This document shows positions 1 to 7,400 of a stretch of DNA of 64,000 nucleotides, in pieces. The stretch comes from an uncultured Phycisphaera sp. (GTDB taxonomy: Bacteria; Planctomycetota; Phycisphaerae; UBA1845): assembly GCA_964646605.1 (NCBI GenBank), contig CAZYEX010000108.1, positions 9,382 to 73,381 of the forward strand, given 5' to 3'. The position numbers were made by a program, and so were the translations under genes. Position 1 is the stretch's first letter. Every line of letters begins with the position of its first letter. The notes under the pieces are model-generated. The model was given only the letters and a program-made list of their open reading frames with translations. It made no database searches and was not told the DNA's origin.

Positions 1-298
1 TGTATCCCTCCTGCCATGCGAACGCACCAAGTCTTGGGAAGGACTGATGCACCCACAACGACGAGCGGGCTTTGACAGTCCGCATCAAGCCCGAGATGGC
101 GGCATCTGGCCGCCAGCGAATGTACATGTGGACGTGATCATCCATGCCACCCATGTCGAGGAGCACGCCCTTCTCCGCCCGGACTAGCCCGCCCATGTAG
201 GAATACATGCGTTGCGCGAGGTCGGGCGCGATCCACGGCTCCCGATGCTTGGTCGAGAACACGATGTGAAGGAGAATCTGGGAGTACGTGCCGGGCAT
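1..298 (-). mobile_element. IS200/IS605-family Y1 (HUH) transposase-like gene, REP-associated tyrosine transposase (RAYT) type; 3' end runs off the window
   Basis: Minus-strand translation from ATG 298..296 reads MPGTYSQILLHIVFSTKHREPWIAPDLAQRMYSYMGGLVRAEKGVLLDMGGMDDHVHMYIRWRPDAAISGLMRTVKARSSLWVHQSFPRLGAFAWQEGY and stays open past position 1. It has an HUH motif (HVH) and the overall pattern of IS200-like/RAYT proteins as I recall them. It is missing from the ORF track because it is open at the window edge. Confidence 0.8.
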
Positions 299-329
299 AG
301 GCTTCCCTTCGTTGGCGCGAAAGATTCCT

Positions 330-346
330 GCGCCCCTCCGGGGCGC
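330..346. repeat. REP-like GC hairpin (GCGCCCC-TCC-GGGGCGC)
   Basis: Perfect 7-bp stem read directly, immediately upstream of the RAYT-like gene. The same GCCCC-N3-4-GGGGC design recurs at 428-445 and 7641-7656. Confidence 0.6.
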
Positions 347-427
347 GAAGAAATTACAAAGGCCCATCTCGTACCACGGGTTCCGCGACGCTCGGGTCGG
401 GGTCGCTCCACCCGTGGCGACATTCCG

Positions 428-445
428 ACGCCCCGTCTGGGGCGT
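428..445. repeat. REP-like GC hairpin (ACGCCCC-GTCT-GGGGCGT)
   Basis: Perfect 7-bp stem read directly. It is the second copy of this hairpin design between the RAYT-like gene and the restriction gene. Confidence 0.6.
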
Positions 446-480
446 TCCTCAATCCCTCCACATCCGCATCATCTGCCGGT

Positions 481-1533
481 ATGCTATCGCGGGTCGTGGA
501 TGATGTCCTGAGCGATCAGATGATTCCAGTATTCCAGGTCGGGCAGTTGTATTCAAGCGACGACATACAATCGGCGCTTAAGGTCGGGAACGCGGGCGGC
601 GTGCGCATGTCGATCGGCGACGGGGGCACGGTGCGGCGGGCCGTGATTCTCACGTCCGTCGCTACGGCGCGGCAGGCGACCGAGAACCCCTACCACGATC
701 GCGTCGAGAACGACATCCTCGTCTATACCGGTGCAGGCCGCGAGGGCGACCAGACGCTCGGCGGGGTGAACAAACGGCTGCCGCAGCAGCTTGGCGCGAA
801 CTTTCCCGCCTACGGGTTCGTTCTTGTCGGCAGCCGGCGCGACCCCGCGATCGGACCGAAACGCTGGCGGTTCCTTGGGTTGCTGGAATACGTCCGGCAC
901 TATCCGGACACGCAAGCCGATACCGGCGGCCAAGTTCGCAAAGTGTGGTTGTTTGAAATGCGGATTCACGCCAGCCCGGAAGCAGTTGTCGTGGCAGAGG
1001 ATTTGGAACTGTCCGAGCGCTTGCTAACGGAATCGCGGAAGGAGTACAAGCAAACATGCGAGGATCGCGAAATCGGTGAAACGCCGCTGGTCGTGCCCGC
1101 GTCGAGCAGGGAATTCGATCCCGTGGAGATCGAAGGCATCCGGGCCCAGTTGCTCGCCAAGCCCGCCGAGGGGTTCGAGCACTTCGTCAAGGATCTGCTG
1201 CTCTGCACCGGCTTCGTCAACGTCAGCGTCACGAAGTTTAGCCAGGATGGGGGTGTGGACGTGAACGCCTACGCCAGCGCGGTCATGTGGCCCGTCGAGA
1301 ACATGCTCGTGCAGATTCAGGCGAAGAGATGGTTGCACACGGTCGGGCGCAAGGAAGTGGCTGAGTTGCGCGGCAGCCTACAACCGTTCGCGCGGGGAGC
1401 CGTCGTCACCACGAGCCACTACAGCAAGGCGGCGATCACCGAGGCGTCGAGTGTGGGCAAAGCCCCGATCGTGCTGGTCGATGGTTATTCACTCGCGCTA
1501 ATCGTCCGGCGTATCGGGATGCAGTTCCAATGA
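481..1533 (+). CDS. Mrr-type restriction endonuclease with an N-terminal SRA/YDG-like (modified-cytosine reader-like) domain; probable type IV methyl-directed enzyme
   Basis: 350-aa ORF. The C-terminus, FEHFVKDLLLCTGFVNVSVTKFSQDGGVDVNA...LVQIQAKRW...VAELRGSL...GAVVTTSHYSKAA, fits the Mrr_cat pattern (D...QxK core). The N-terminus, AVILTSV...NPYHDRVENDILVYTGAGREGDQTLGGVNKRL, resembles the SRA/YDG 'YTG.GG...dQ.l..gN.aL' signature. The domain calls rest on motif memory. Confidence 0.7.
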   Translation: MLSRVVDDVLSDQMIPVFQVGQLYSSDDIQSALKVGNAGGVRMSIGDGGTVRRAVILTSVATARQATENPYHDRVENDILVYTGAGREGDQTLGGVNKRLPQQLGANFPAYGFVLVGSRRDPAIGPKRWRFLGLLEYVRHYPDTQADTGGQVRKVWLFEMRIHASPEAVVVAEDLELSERLLTESRKEYKQTCEDREIGETPLVVPASSREFDPVEIEGIRAQLLAKPAEGFEHFVKDLLLCTGFVNVSVTKFSQDGGVDVNAYASAVMWPVENMLVQIQAKRWLHTVGRKEVAELRGSLQPFARGAVVTTSHYSKAAITEASSVGKAPIVLVDGYSLALIVRRIGMQFQ

Positions 1534-1557
1534 TTCCTTTCAAAGGAGTTCGAAAAA

Positions 1558-1803
1558 ATGACAGCTGAATCCATCGACGACGCAACGATGTCACATGGAG
1601 AAATCGACAGCAAGGCGGTGCTCGATCTAGCACGGAAAGACCCGAAGGTCCATGAAGGGGAGTTGGAGATCGACGACAACGCAGTTGTTTCCTATGGAGG
1701 GGACAACGGTGCCTATGTCCAAGCCTGGCTTTGGGTAGACTTTGCCGGTACGTCCTTGGACGAAGAGGGAGAAGACGAGAGCGAGGAAGCCTCAGCCTGC
1801 TAA
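1558..1803 (+). CDS. small acidic hypothetical protein (81 aa)
   Basis: An AAAGGAG Shine-Dalgarno lies 8 nt upstream of the ATG, which is 25 nt after the restriction gene stop. The protein is rich in D/E and ends EEGEDESEEASAC. It contains 'GELEIDDNAVVSYGGDNGAYVQAWLWVDF'. I recognise no domain. Confidence 0.55.
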   Translation: MTAESIDDATMSHGEIDSKAVLDLARKDPKVHEGELEIDDNAVVSYGGDNGAYVQAWLWVDFAGTSLDEEGEDESEEASAC

Positions 1804-2382
1804 AGCGTCGCCCCGCCTCCGTAGAACACCATAGTTCGCCGCGTTGAGGAGCTTGTAGACGACGTTGTCCTTGAGCGCGTTCCGCTTGCCGCTGGTGACT
1901 GCCTTCTCAAGGCGGGCGTGGTGATCGGTCCATTCCTCGTCGCCCTTGGGAACGATCCCGGGGTACGTAAGCTGCTGGATGATGTAACTGTAGTAATTGG
2001 CAAAGCTCTTGCGGAGAAGCCCCTTGACATTCTCGAACAAGAACGCCTTCGGTGCGATCTCCCGGATGGCTCGTACCGCGTGCGGAAACATGTTCCGCCC
2101 GTCATCCATGCCCCGGTGCCTTCCGCCGATCGAAAACGGCTGGCAAGGGGGGCCGCCCGAAACGAATTCGGCCTCACCGGCGTGCCGTCGGAAATCGTAC
2201 GCGGCGACATCGCCTTCAACTATCCTACAGTCACGGACGCGCGCGACCCCCGCAGCGAGGTTCCGTCGAATGGTGTTACAGGCATTGCGATCCCATTCAA
2301 GAACGGCCACATGATCGAACCCGGCGTTTGCTGTCGCCAACGTCAATCCGCCAGCGCCCGCGAATAGCTCGATAGATTTCAT
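1792..2382 (-). pseudogene. truncated DNA (cytosine-5) methyltransferase (Dcm family), N-terminal 196 aa only
   Basis: Motif I IELFAGAGG, motif IV GGPPCQPFS and motif VI FLFENV are present. Where NAA(D/N)YGVPQRRER is expected, the sequence reads NAANYGVLRRRGDALAG followed by a stop. The TRD and motifs IX/X are absent. The 3' end overlaps the convergent acidic ORF by 12 nt. Confidence 0.8.
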
Positions 2383-2883
2383 GGACTAATCCTATCCGGA
2401 TCCGACCTGGACGCGATCATACGGCTTTTGTTAGGAAACGTCAAGAGAATTCTTGCAAGCCCCTGGCTCGCCTGTGAGATTTGCACCGGGCTCGCCGCAA
2501 GACCCGAGTGCTCTCTATTGCCGATGAGGCGGACGTACTATGAGCTCGGCTTGGCCCTGGGGAGGCGCCAAACTGCACCCGAGCTTAGCCTCCATTGCGA
2601 GCTGGACCTGCGGGACTTTGCGATCCTGCAACAGGACATCTTCGGTCCGTGACCACGGACCGCCCCGCGCCGGGGACAAGCCCCGACGCTACACGATCCT
2701 GCAAGGCGATCTGTTTGGGCCGTAGTGATTGAGGACGGCGGACGACGAGGCGACCCCTTCAGGGTCGGATGGATCGTGGGGGGTCGGGGATCCGTGGGCG
2801 GCGCTGCGCTCTGCCCACGGCTACTATAGTGCAGCCTTTCAGGCTGGAAGACGGCGTGGCACCAAGGGGTGAGGCGGGCGTTT

Positions 2884-2926
2884 GGACCCTCACCCCGGCC
2901 CTCTCCCTGCAAGGGAGAGGGGTTCG
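2884..2926. repeat. GC-rich palindromic intergenic repeat, family 1 (GACCCTCACCCC...CCCTCTCCCT-GCA-AGGGAGAGGG)
   Basis: Perfect 10-bp stem at 2899-2908/2912-2921. Related copies that start with GACCCTCACCC lie at 14056-14107 and 57702-57740. Confidence 0.7.
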
Positions 2927-2942
2927 TCCGCCCGGCGCCTGC

Positions 2943-3281
2943 TCACGCTCCGCCGCCGAGCATTTGCGAGAGGCCGGGGATGTTGAGGCCGCCGGTGAGA
3001 GCGCCGAGTTCCTGTTTCATGGCCTCCTGCGACTTGGCCACACCGGCTGCGACCGCCGCTTTGACCAAGTCTTCGAGGAGTTCCACGTCGCCGGTCGCCT
3101 GGGGGTCGATCTTGATGGCCACCAGCGACCCGCGACCATCGACCGTGGCCAGTACCAGCCCGCCGCCCGCCGCACCCTCAAAGCGCCGCGCCGCCAGATC
3201 TTCCTGGAGTTTGGCGAGGTTGGATTGCAGATCCTTGGCCGATTTCATCAGCCCGGCGAGATTTCCAAGACCACCCAGCAT
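2943..3281 (-). CDS. ybaB: YbaB/EbfC family nucleoid-associated DNA-binding protein
   Basis: 112 aa: MLGGLGNLAGLMKSAKDLQSNLAKLQEDLAARRFEGAAGGGLVLATVDGRGSLVAIKIDP... It sits in the classic position directly downstream of dnaX. Confidence 0.9.
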   Translation of the reverse strand: MLGGLGNLAGLMKSAKDLQSNLAKLQEDLAARRFEGAAGGGLVLATVDGRGSLVAIKIDPQATGDVELLEDLVKAAVAAGVAKSQEAMKQELGALTGGLNIPGLSQMLGGGA

Positions 3282-3287
3282 GATCGA

Positions 3288-4790
3288 TTACTCCGTTCCC
3301 AAAAGCGACGCTTCGCCCTCTTCGGATTCCGACGCGTCAGACCCGCCAGCGCCGTCCGGCGTCGTTGTCCCTTTCTCTCCGTCGGCGCCGACGATCTTCG
3401 TCGGGCGAACGTCGAGCAGCGTTCCGTCCACGGCCGCCTTTACCCGCTCCACCAACGGATCGCGGGCGGCGCGCTCCCACTCGGCTCGACGTGGAGGCGG
3501 CGCTGCCGTTGCCGTGCGGAGTTCCGCCCCCACGGACCCCGACCTCGATGCAGGCGCGGCCCCGACCTTCGCCGCCGCGTTGCCGGCGGGCCGAATCACG
3601 TCAACGTTTTTTTTTACGTCCCCGCCGCCCGTCGGCGCGCCCGCGACGCTGCCCCCTTCCGCCAAGCGCTCGAGAAGCTGCGTCAGATCGCTGAATTGAT
3701 GGGCCATGGCCAGCCGCGTGATCGCCGCGTCCGCCAGCGCTCGCGCCGCCCCGCTGTATTTCACGTTGCGACGCAACTCCTCCAGCAACGTAATCATGTA
3801 GACATACGTCGCGGCGTCGAACTTGGCGGACTGTTCGACCAGTCGCCCGCGCACGGTAGAGGCCGCGTCGACGAGGTCCGTCTCCGCTCCGCAGACACGC
3901 AGCAGCATCAGCGATCGAACATGGTCGATGAGATGGTCGCAGAATCGCTCGATGGTTCGACCGGTTTGCAGCGCTTGATCGAAGATCCGCAACGCCCCCG
4001 CGGCATCCCGCGACCCCAGACAATCCACCAGGGCCAGGGAAAGTTCGTCATGCGGCGGCGGCACGATTTCGTCCACCGAAGCCAGCGTCAGGCGATGGGC
4101 GTCGAAGGAGAGCAGTTGATCCAGCAGCGATAGCGCATCGCGCATCGAGCCGTTCGCCAACCGCGCCACCCGTCGCAGCGCCGCCTCCTCGGCCTCGACT
4201 CCCTCGACCTTGGCGATCCGCGCCAGATGCGCCGACATGGCCACGACCTCGATGGACTTGAAATCGAATCGCTGGCAGCGGCTGACGATCGTCGCGGGAA
4301 CCTTGTGGGCCTCGGTCGTGGCCAGGATGAACTTCACGTGCGAGGGCGGCTCCTCCAAGGTCTTGAGCAAGGCGTTGAAGGCCTGGGTGCTGAGCATGTG
4401 AACTTCGTCGATGATGTACACCTTGAAGCGCGCCCGGGCCGGGCGCAAGGTGGCGTTGCTGCGCAGCTCGCGGATGTTGTCCACGCCGGTGTTGCTGGCC
4501 GCGTCGATCTCCACCACGTCAATGTCCTGACCCTCGGCAACGGCCCGGCACGACTCGCACGTCCCGCAAGGCGTGGGGGTCGCCGCGGGGGCGGATAGAC
4601 AATTCAAGGCTTTGGCCAGAATGCGGGCCATCGACGTCTTGCCCACCCCGCGTGTGCCCGTGAAGAGATACCCGTGATGAATCCGACCGGAGCGGATCGC
4701 GTTGGTCAACGTCGTGGCGATGACCTCCTGCCCCACGACCTCCTCGAAGGTCGCGCTGCGATAGGCCCGAGCTAGTACGCGATAAGACAT
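3288..4790 (-). CDS. dnaX: DNA polymerase III subunit gamma/tau
   Basis: MSYRVLARAYRSATFEEVVGQE...GYLFTGTRGVGKTS (Walker A), a CGTCESC zinc module and IIDEVHMLS (Walker B). I place the start at ATG 4790. The 117 codons upstream in the 617-aa ORF look like translated non-coding sequence. Confidence 0.9.
   Translation of the reverse strand: MSYRVLARAYRSATFEEVVGQEVIATTLTNAIRSGRIHHGYLFTGTRGVGKTSMARILAKALNCLSAPAATPTPCGTCESCRAVAEGQDIDVVEIDAASNTGVDNIRELRSNATLRPARARFKVYIIDEVHMLSTQAFNALLKTLEEPPSHVKFILATTEAHKVPATIVSRCQRFDFKSIEVVAMSAHLARIAKVEGVEAEEAALRRVARLANGSMRDALSLLDQLLSFDAHRLTLASVDEIVPPPHDELSLALVDCLGSRDAAGALRIFDQALQTGRTIERFCDHLIDHVRSLMLLRVCGAETDLVDAASTVRGRLVEQSAKFDAATYVYMITLLEELRRNVKYSGAARALADAAITRLAMAHQFSDLTQLLERLAEGGSVAGAPTGGGDVKKNVDVIRPAGNAAAKVGAAPASRSGSVGAELRTATAAPPPRRAEWERAARDPLVERVKAAVDGTLLDVRPTKIVGADGEKGTTTPDGAGGSDASESEEGEASLLGTE
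3607..3615 (-). promoter_or_regulatory. A9 slippery run inside dnaX (candidate programmed frameshift / transcriptional slippage site that would make a short gamma form)
   Basis: The coding strand reads GAC GTA AAA AAA AAC GTT GAC GTG ATT. The -1 frame gives AAA CGT TGA and the +1 frame gives ACG TTG ACG TGA, so both alternative frames stop within 2-4 codons. The site is about 393 codons into the 501-codon gene. Confidence 0.5.
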
Positions 4791-5133
4791 CAGATTCTCG
4801 AACGCCCCGATCGTCAGTTCCTTGGTCGCACGGACAGTGGCCCGTTCATGCCCGTCCGCCCGCCGGACCATCCTATCCGGAAGCTCGCGTCCCCGAAACG
4901 ACCGTGGTTCAGGCCACCGGCCCCAACTTTTCGAGCCCTCGCACGCCGATCGCCCGCACGCCGAGGCCTGTATGTAGGGCGTTCCGGTTATCGGGCGACT
5001 AATGGCGAGCGATCGGGAATGAAGCTGGGAGTTTTCCGCCTCCGGCGTTATATTCGACGACACTTCCGACCGGGCTGGAAGCGGAGAGAAGAACATGGGC
5101 ACTTTTAACAGGACTGGAAACGGAGAGAAGAAC

Positions 5134-6945
5134 ATGCGCATTCAATTGGTCATTGGTTCCTTGATCGCACTCGTGGCCGTCGCACCCTCGCGGGGTGAGA
5201 TACCCTTAGGCACGGCCTTTACTTTTCACGGACAACTCAAAGAGGGCGGCGTGCCGCTCGAGGACACGGCCGACTTCGAGTTCACGCTGTGGGACGACGA
5301 GGGCAACGGCAATCCACCCGTGGGTGGTTTGCAAGTTGGCGGCGTGCAGGCGATCAACGCCCTGCCCGTCACCGCGGGCCTGTTCAGCGTTACGCTCAAC
5401 GACGGCGGCGAGTTCGGGGGCGATGCCTTCATCGGAAACGCCCGCTGGCTTCAGATCGCGGTGCGCAGTCCGGCGGGCGGCGGCGTCTTCACCACGCTCG
5501 CGCCGCGTCAGGCGCTGACGGCGACGCCTCACGCCCTACTCGCCCTGAACGCCCTGAACGCCGAGCAGTTGGGCGGCATCGACGCCATTGAATATGTTAC
5601 GACTGCAAACGCTGGAAACACATTTATTGAAAACGACACAGTCCAACAGCCGACCGCGAATTTCAATATTTCCGGCAATGGCACGGTTAGCAGTCTGAAC
5701 GCCAACGGCGCAGTTTCGTTGGGCGGCATCGCGCCACCGGCGGCGGCGCCCGCCGGGCAAGGACGAGTCTATTTCGACTCGGCGTCCAACAAAGTGAAAA
5801 TCTCCGAAAACAACGGTGCCTACGTTAATCTGATCGGCGCCGGCGGTGTCGGCGGCAGCGGCAACATTGGCAGCATTCCATATTGGAGCGGCGCCACGAC
5901 ATTAAGCGATTCTGTAATCACGCAAAACGCCAACGGCGTTCAACTGCCAAACGGCGTTCAATTGGCGGTAGGGGCACAGGGGAACCAGATGTCCTTCGGC
6001 TCACCCAACGGGGAAACAGGACTGTCCATCGCAGGGGCCAGCGGCAGGGCTGACGTCAGATTTGATGGCACAACACTTAGACTGAATGTTGGTCCGCCGG
6101 GCACACCGCCTTCGAATGGAATTGCTATCACTTCCACTGCCGTTAAGTTGCCAAACGGCGTTCAACTGGCGGTAGGGGCACAGGGTAACGCGGTCGCATT
6201 CGGCTCGCCAAACGGGGAAACAGGAATGACAATCGCGGGGGCCAACGGAAGAGCCGATCTTAGATTCGACGGCTCAACGCTCAGAATATTCAACGGTCCG
6301 GCAGGCACGCCGCCGGCAAACGGGATAGCTATAAACGCATCGGGCAACGTGGGCATCGGCACGACTACGCCGAATACCCGGTTAAGTTTGAGCGGCGGAC
6401 CCTCGTGGACTTCCAACTTCTGGACCGCCTCGATGAATTTACAAAATGCCTCAGCCATCGGTTGGGAGGCAAATGCCTCAGGACAGCTATACGGCATTGG
6501 CCACACTACCGGTGGATTGACTTTTTTCCGCACACCCAGCGTTTTTGGAAACAACAGTGCTCCGGCTAACTACGATATGATCATCACCGATACCGGCAAC
6601 ATTACGCAACCGCTCGCCAACAACGGTTTAGTCAAGGCAATGGCGTATGTTCGGGTCTACCGCGATTGTATTGGTGGAGTTTGCTCAGAACTAGTGCCGA
6701 GCATTGTACGTTGCTACAACTCCACCAACAACGCGACAAGCGGAAATTGCGGGTTCTCTTTCCCCAATGTTTACAGCTACGGTGTTGAGATCAACTTCGG
6801 CTTTCAAGTCGAAAATCGTTTTATTTCGCTGACAGCCAGCGATGGAGCCGGCACCGCCAGCGTCTATAATTTTCCAAACGCAAACACCGTTTATGTTCTC
6901 AACGGAAACGGTAACACGACCCAGTTTTTCATTTACATCTACTAG
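5134..6945 (+). CDS. secreted tail-fibre-like / repeat protein (mosaic)
   Basis: Signal peptide MRIQLVIGSLIALVAVAPSRG. The N-terminal module GTAFTFHGQLKEGGVP...ARWLQIAVR...PRQALTATPHA is paralogous to the 34352..36547 protein. There is an internal 68-aa tandem duplication and a GIGTTTPNTRLSLSG motif. An alternative in-frame ATG lies at 5095. Confidence 0.75.
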   Translation: MRIQLVIGSLIALVAVAPSRGEIPLGTAFTFHGQLKEGGVPLEDTADFEFTLWDDEGNGNPPVGGLQVGGVQAINALPVTAGLFSVTLNDGGEFGGDAFIGNARWLQIAVRSPAGGGVFTTLAPRQALTATPHALLALNALNAEQLGGIDAIEYVTTANAGNTFIENDTVQQPTANFNISGNGTVSSLNANGAVSLGGIAPPAAAPAGQGRVYFDSASNKVKISENNGAYVNLIGAGGVGGSGNIGSIPYWSGATTLSDSVITQNANGVQLPNGVQLAVGAQGNQMSFGSPNGETGLSIAGASGRADVRFDGTTLRLNVGPPGTPPSNGIAITSTAVKLPNGVQLAVGAQGNAVAFGSPNGETGMTIAGANGRADLRFDGSTLRIFNGPAGTPPANGIAINASGNVGIGTTTPNTRLSLSGGPSWTSNFWTASMNLQNASAIGWEANASGQLYGIGHTTGGLTFFRTPSVFGNNSAPANYDMIITDTGNITQPLANNGLVKAMAYVRVYRDCIGGVCSELVPSIVRCYNSTNNATSGNCGFSFPNVYSYGVEINFGFQVENRFISLTASDGAGTASVYNFPNANTVYVLNGNGNTTQFFIYIY

Positions 6946-6997
6946 AGAACAACTGCGGACGAAAGGAGCAATGGAAGATGAAAATTCAGAGAATTGA

Positions 6998-7400
6998 ATT
7001 TATCGCGGTACCGTGGTGCTCGATGGCGCGGGTGAGGCCGTGATCGAGCTGCCGCACTATTTCGCCAAGATCAACAAGACGCCGAGCCATTGGCTCACCG
7101 CCGTGGGCGCCCATGCCCATGCTACACGTGGCCGGGAAGATCGACGAGGCCGCCCTGAGCGCCGGGGCAACGGGCGGGGCGGGTGTGGCCGCGCCCGCGT
7201 GTACGTTTCGCATTCCGGGCGGCGCGCCCGGTGCGAAGGTATCCTGGCGCGTCGAGGCCTTGCGCAACGACCTGTGGGTCCAGAAGCGCGGCATGCCCGT
7301 CGAGGTCGAGAAGCAGGGCCGTGAGAAGGGCACCTACCAGCACCCCGAGCTCTACGGCCTGTCAGCGGAGATGGGCATGGACCACGCCGCGCCCGCCCAG
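6998..7400 (+). pseudogene. orphan, frameshifted C-terminal fragment of a tail-fibre-like protein
   Basis: Frame A reads GTVVLDGAGEAVIELPHYFAKINKTPSHWLTAVGA and is open from 6998. A one-nt shift near 7110 leads into frame B: PMPMLHVAGKIDEAAL...CTFRIPGGAPGAKVSWRVEALRNDLWVQKRGMPVEVEKQGREKGTYQHPELYG. Together these match a C-terminal module I recall from tail-fibre-like proteins. There is no N-terminal part and no start codon. Confidence 0.6.

Noticed and set aside
4800-5000. Possible SRP (4.5S/ffs) RNA gene in the ~340-nt gap upstream of dnaX, a common location for ffs.
   Set aside because: I read both strands. There is GGTCCGG and a CCGGAAGC, but the conserved helix-8 core (GGUCC-GGAA-GGAAGCAGC and its 3' partner) is absent. 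A covariance-model scan (Rfam bacterial small SRP) would settle it.
6971-6997. Mini-ORF MEDENSEN with a perfect AAAGGAG SD just after the fibre gene.
   Set aside because: At eight codons, it is most likely a fortuitous frame or a scar of the rearrangement at this junction. I have no basis for calling it a gene.
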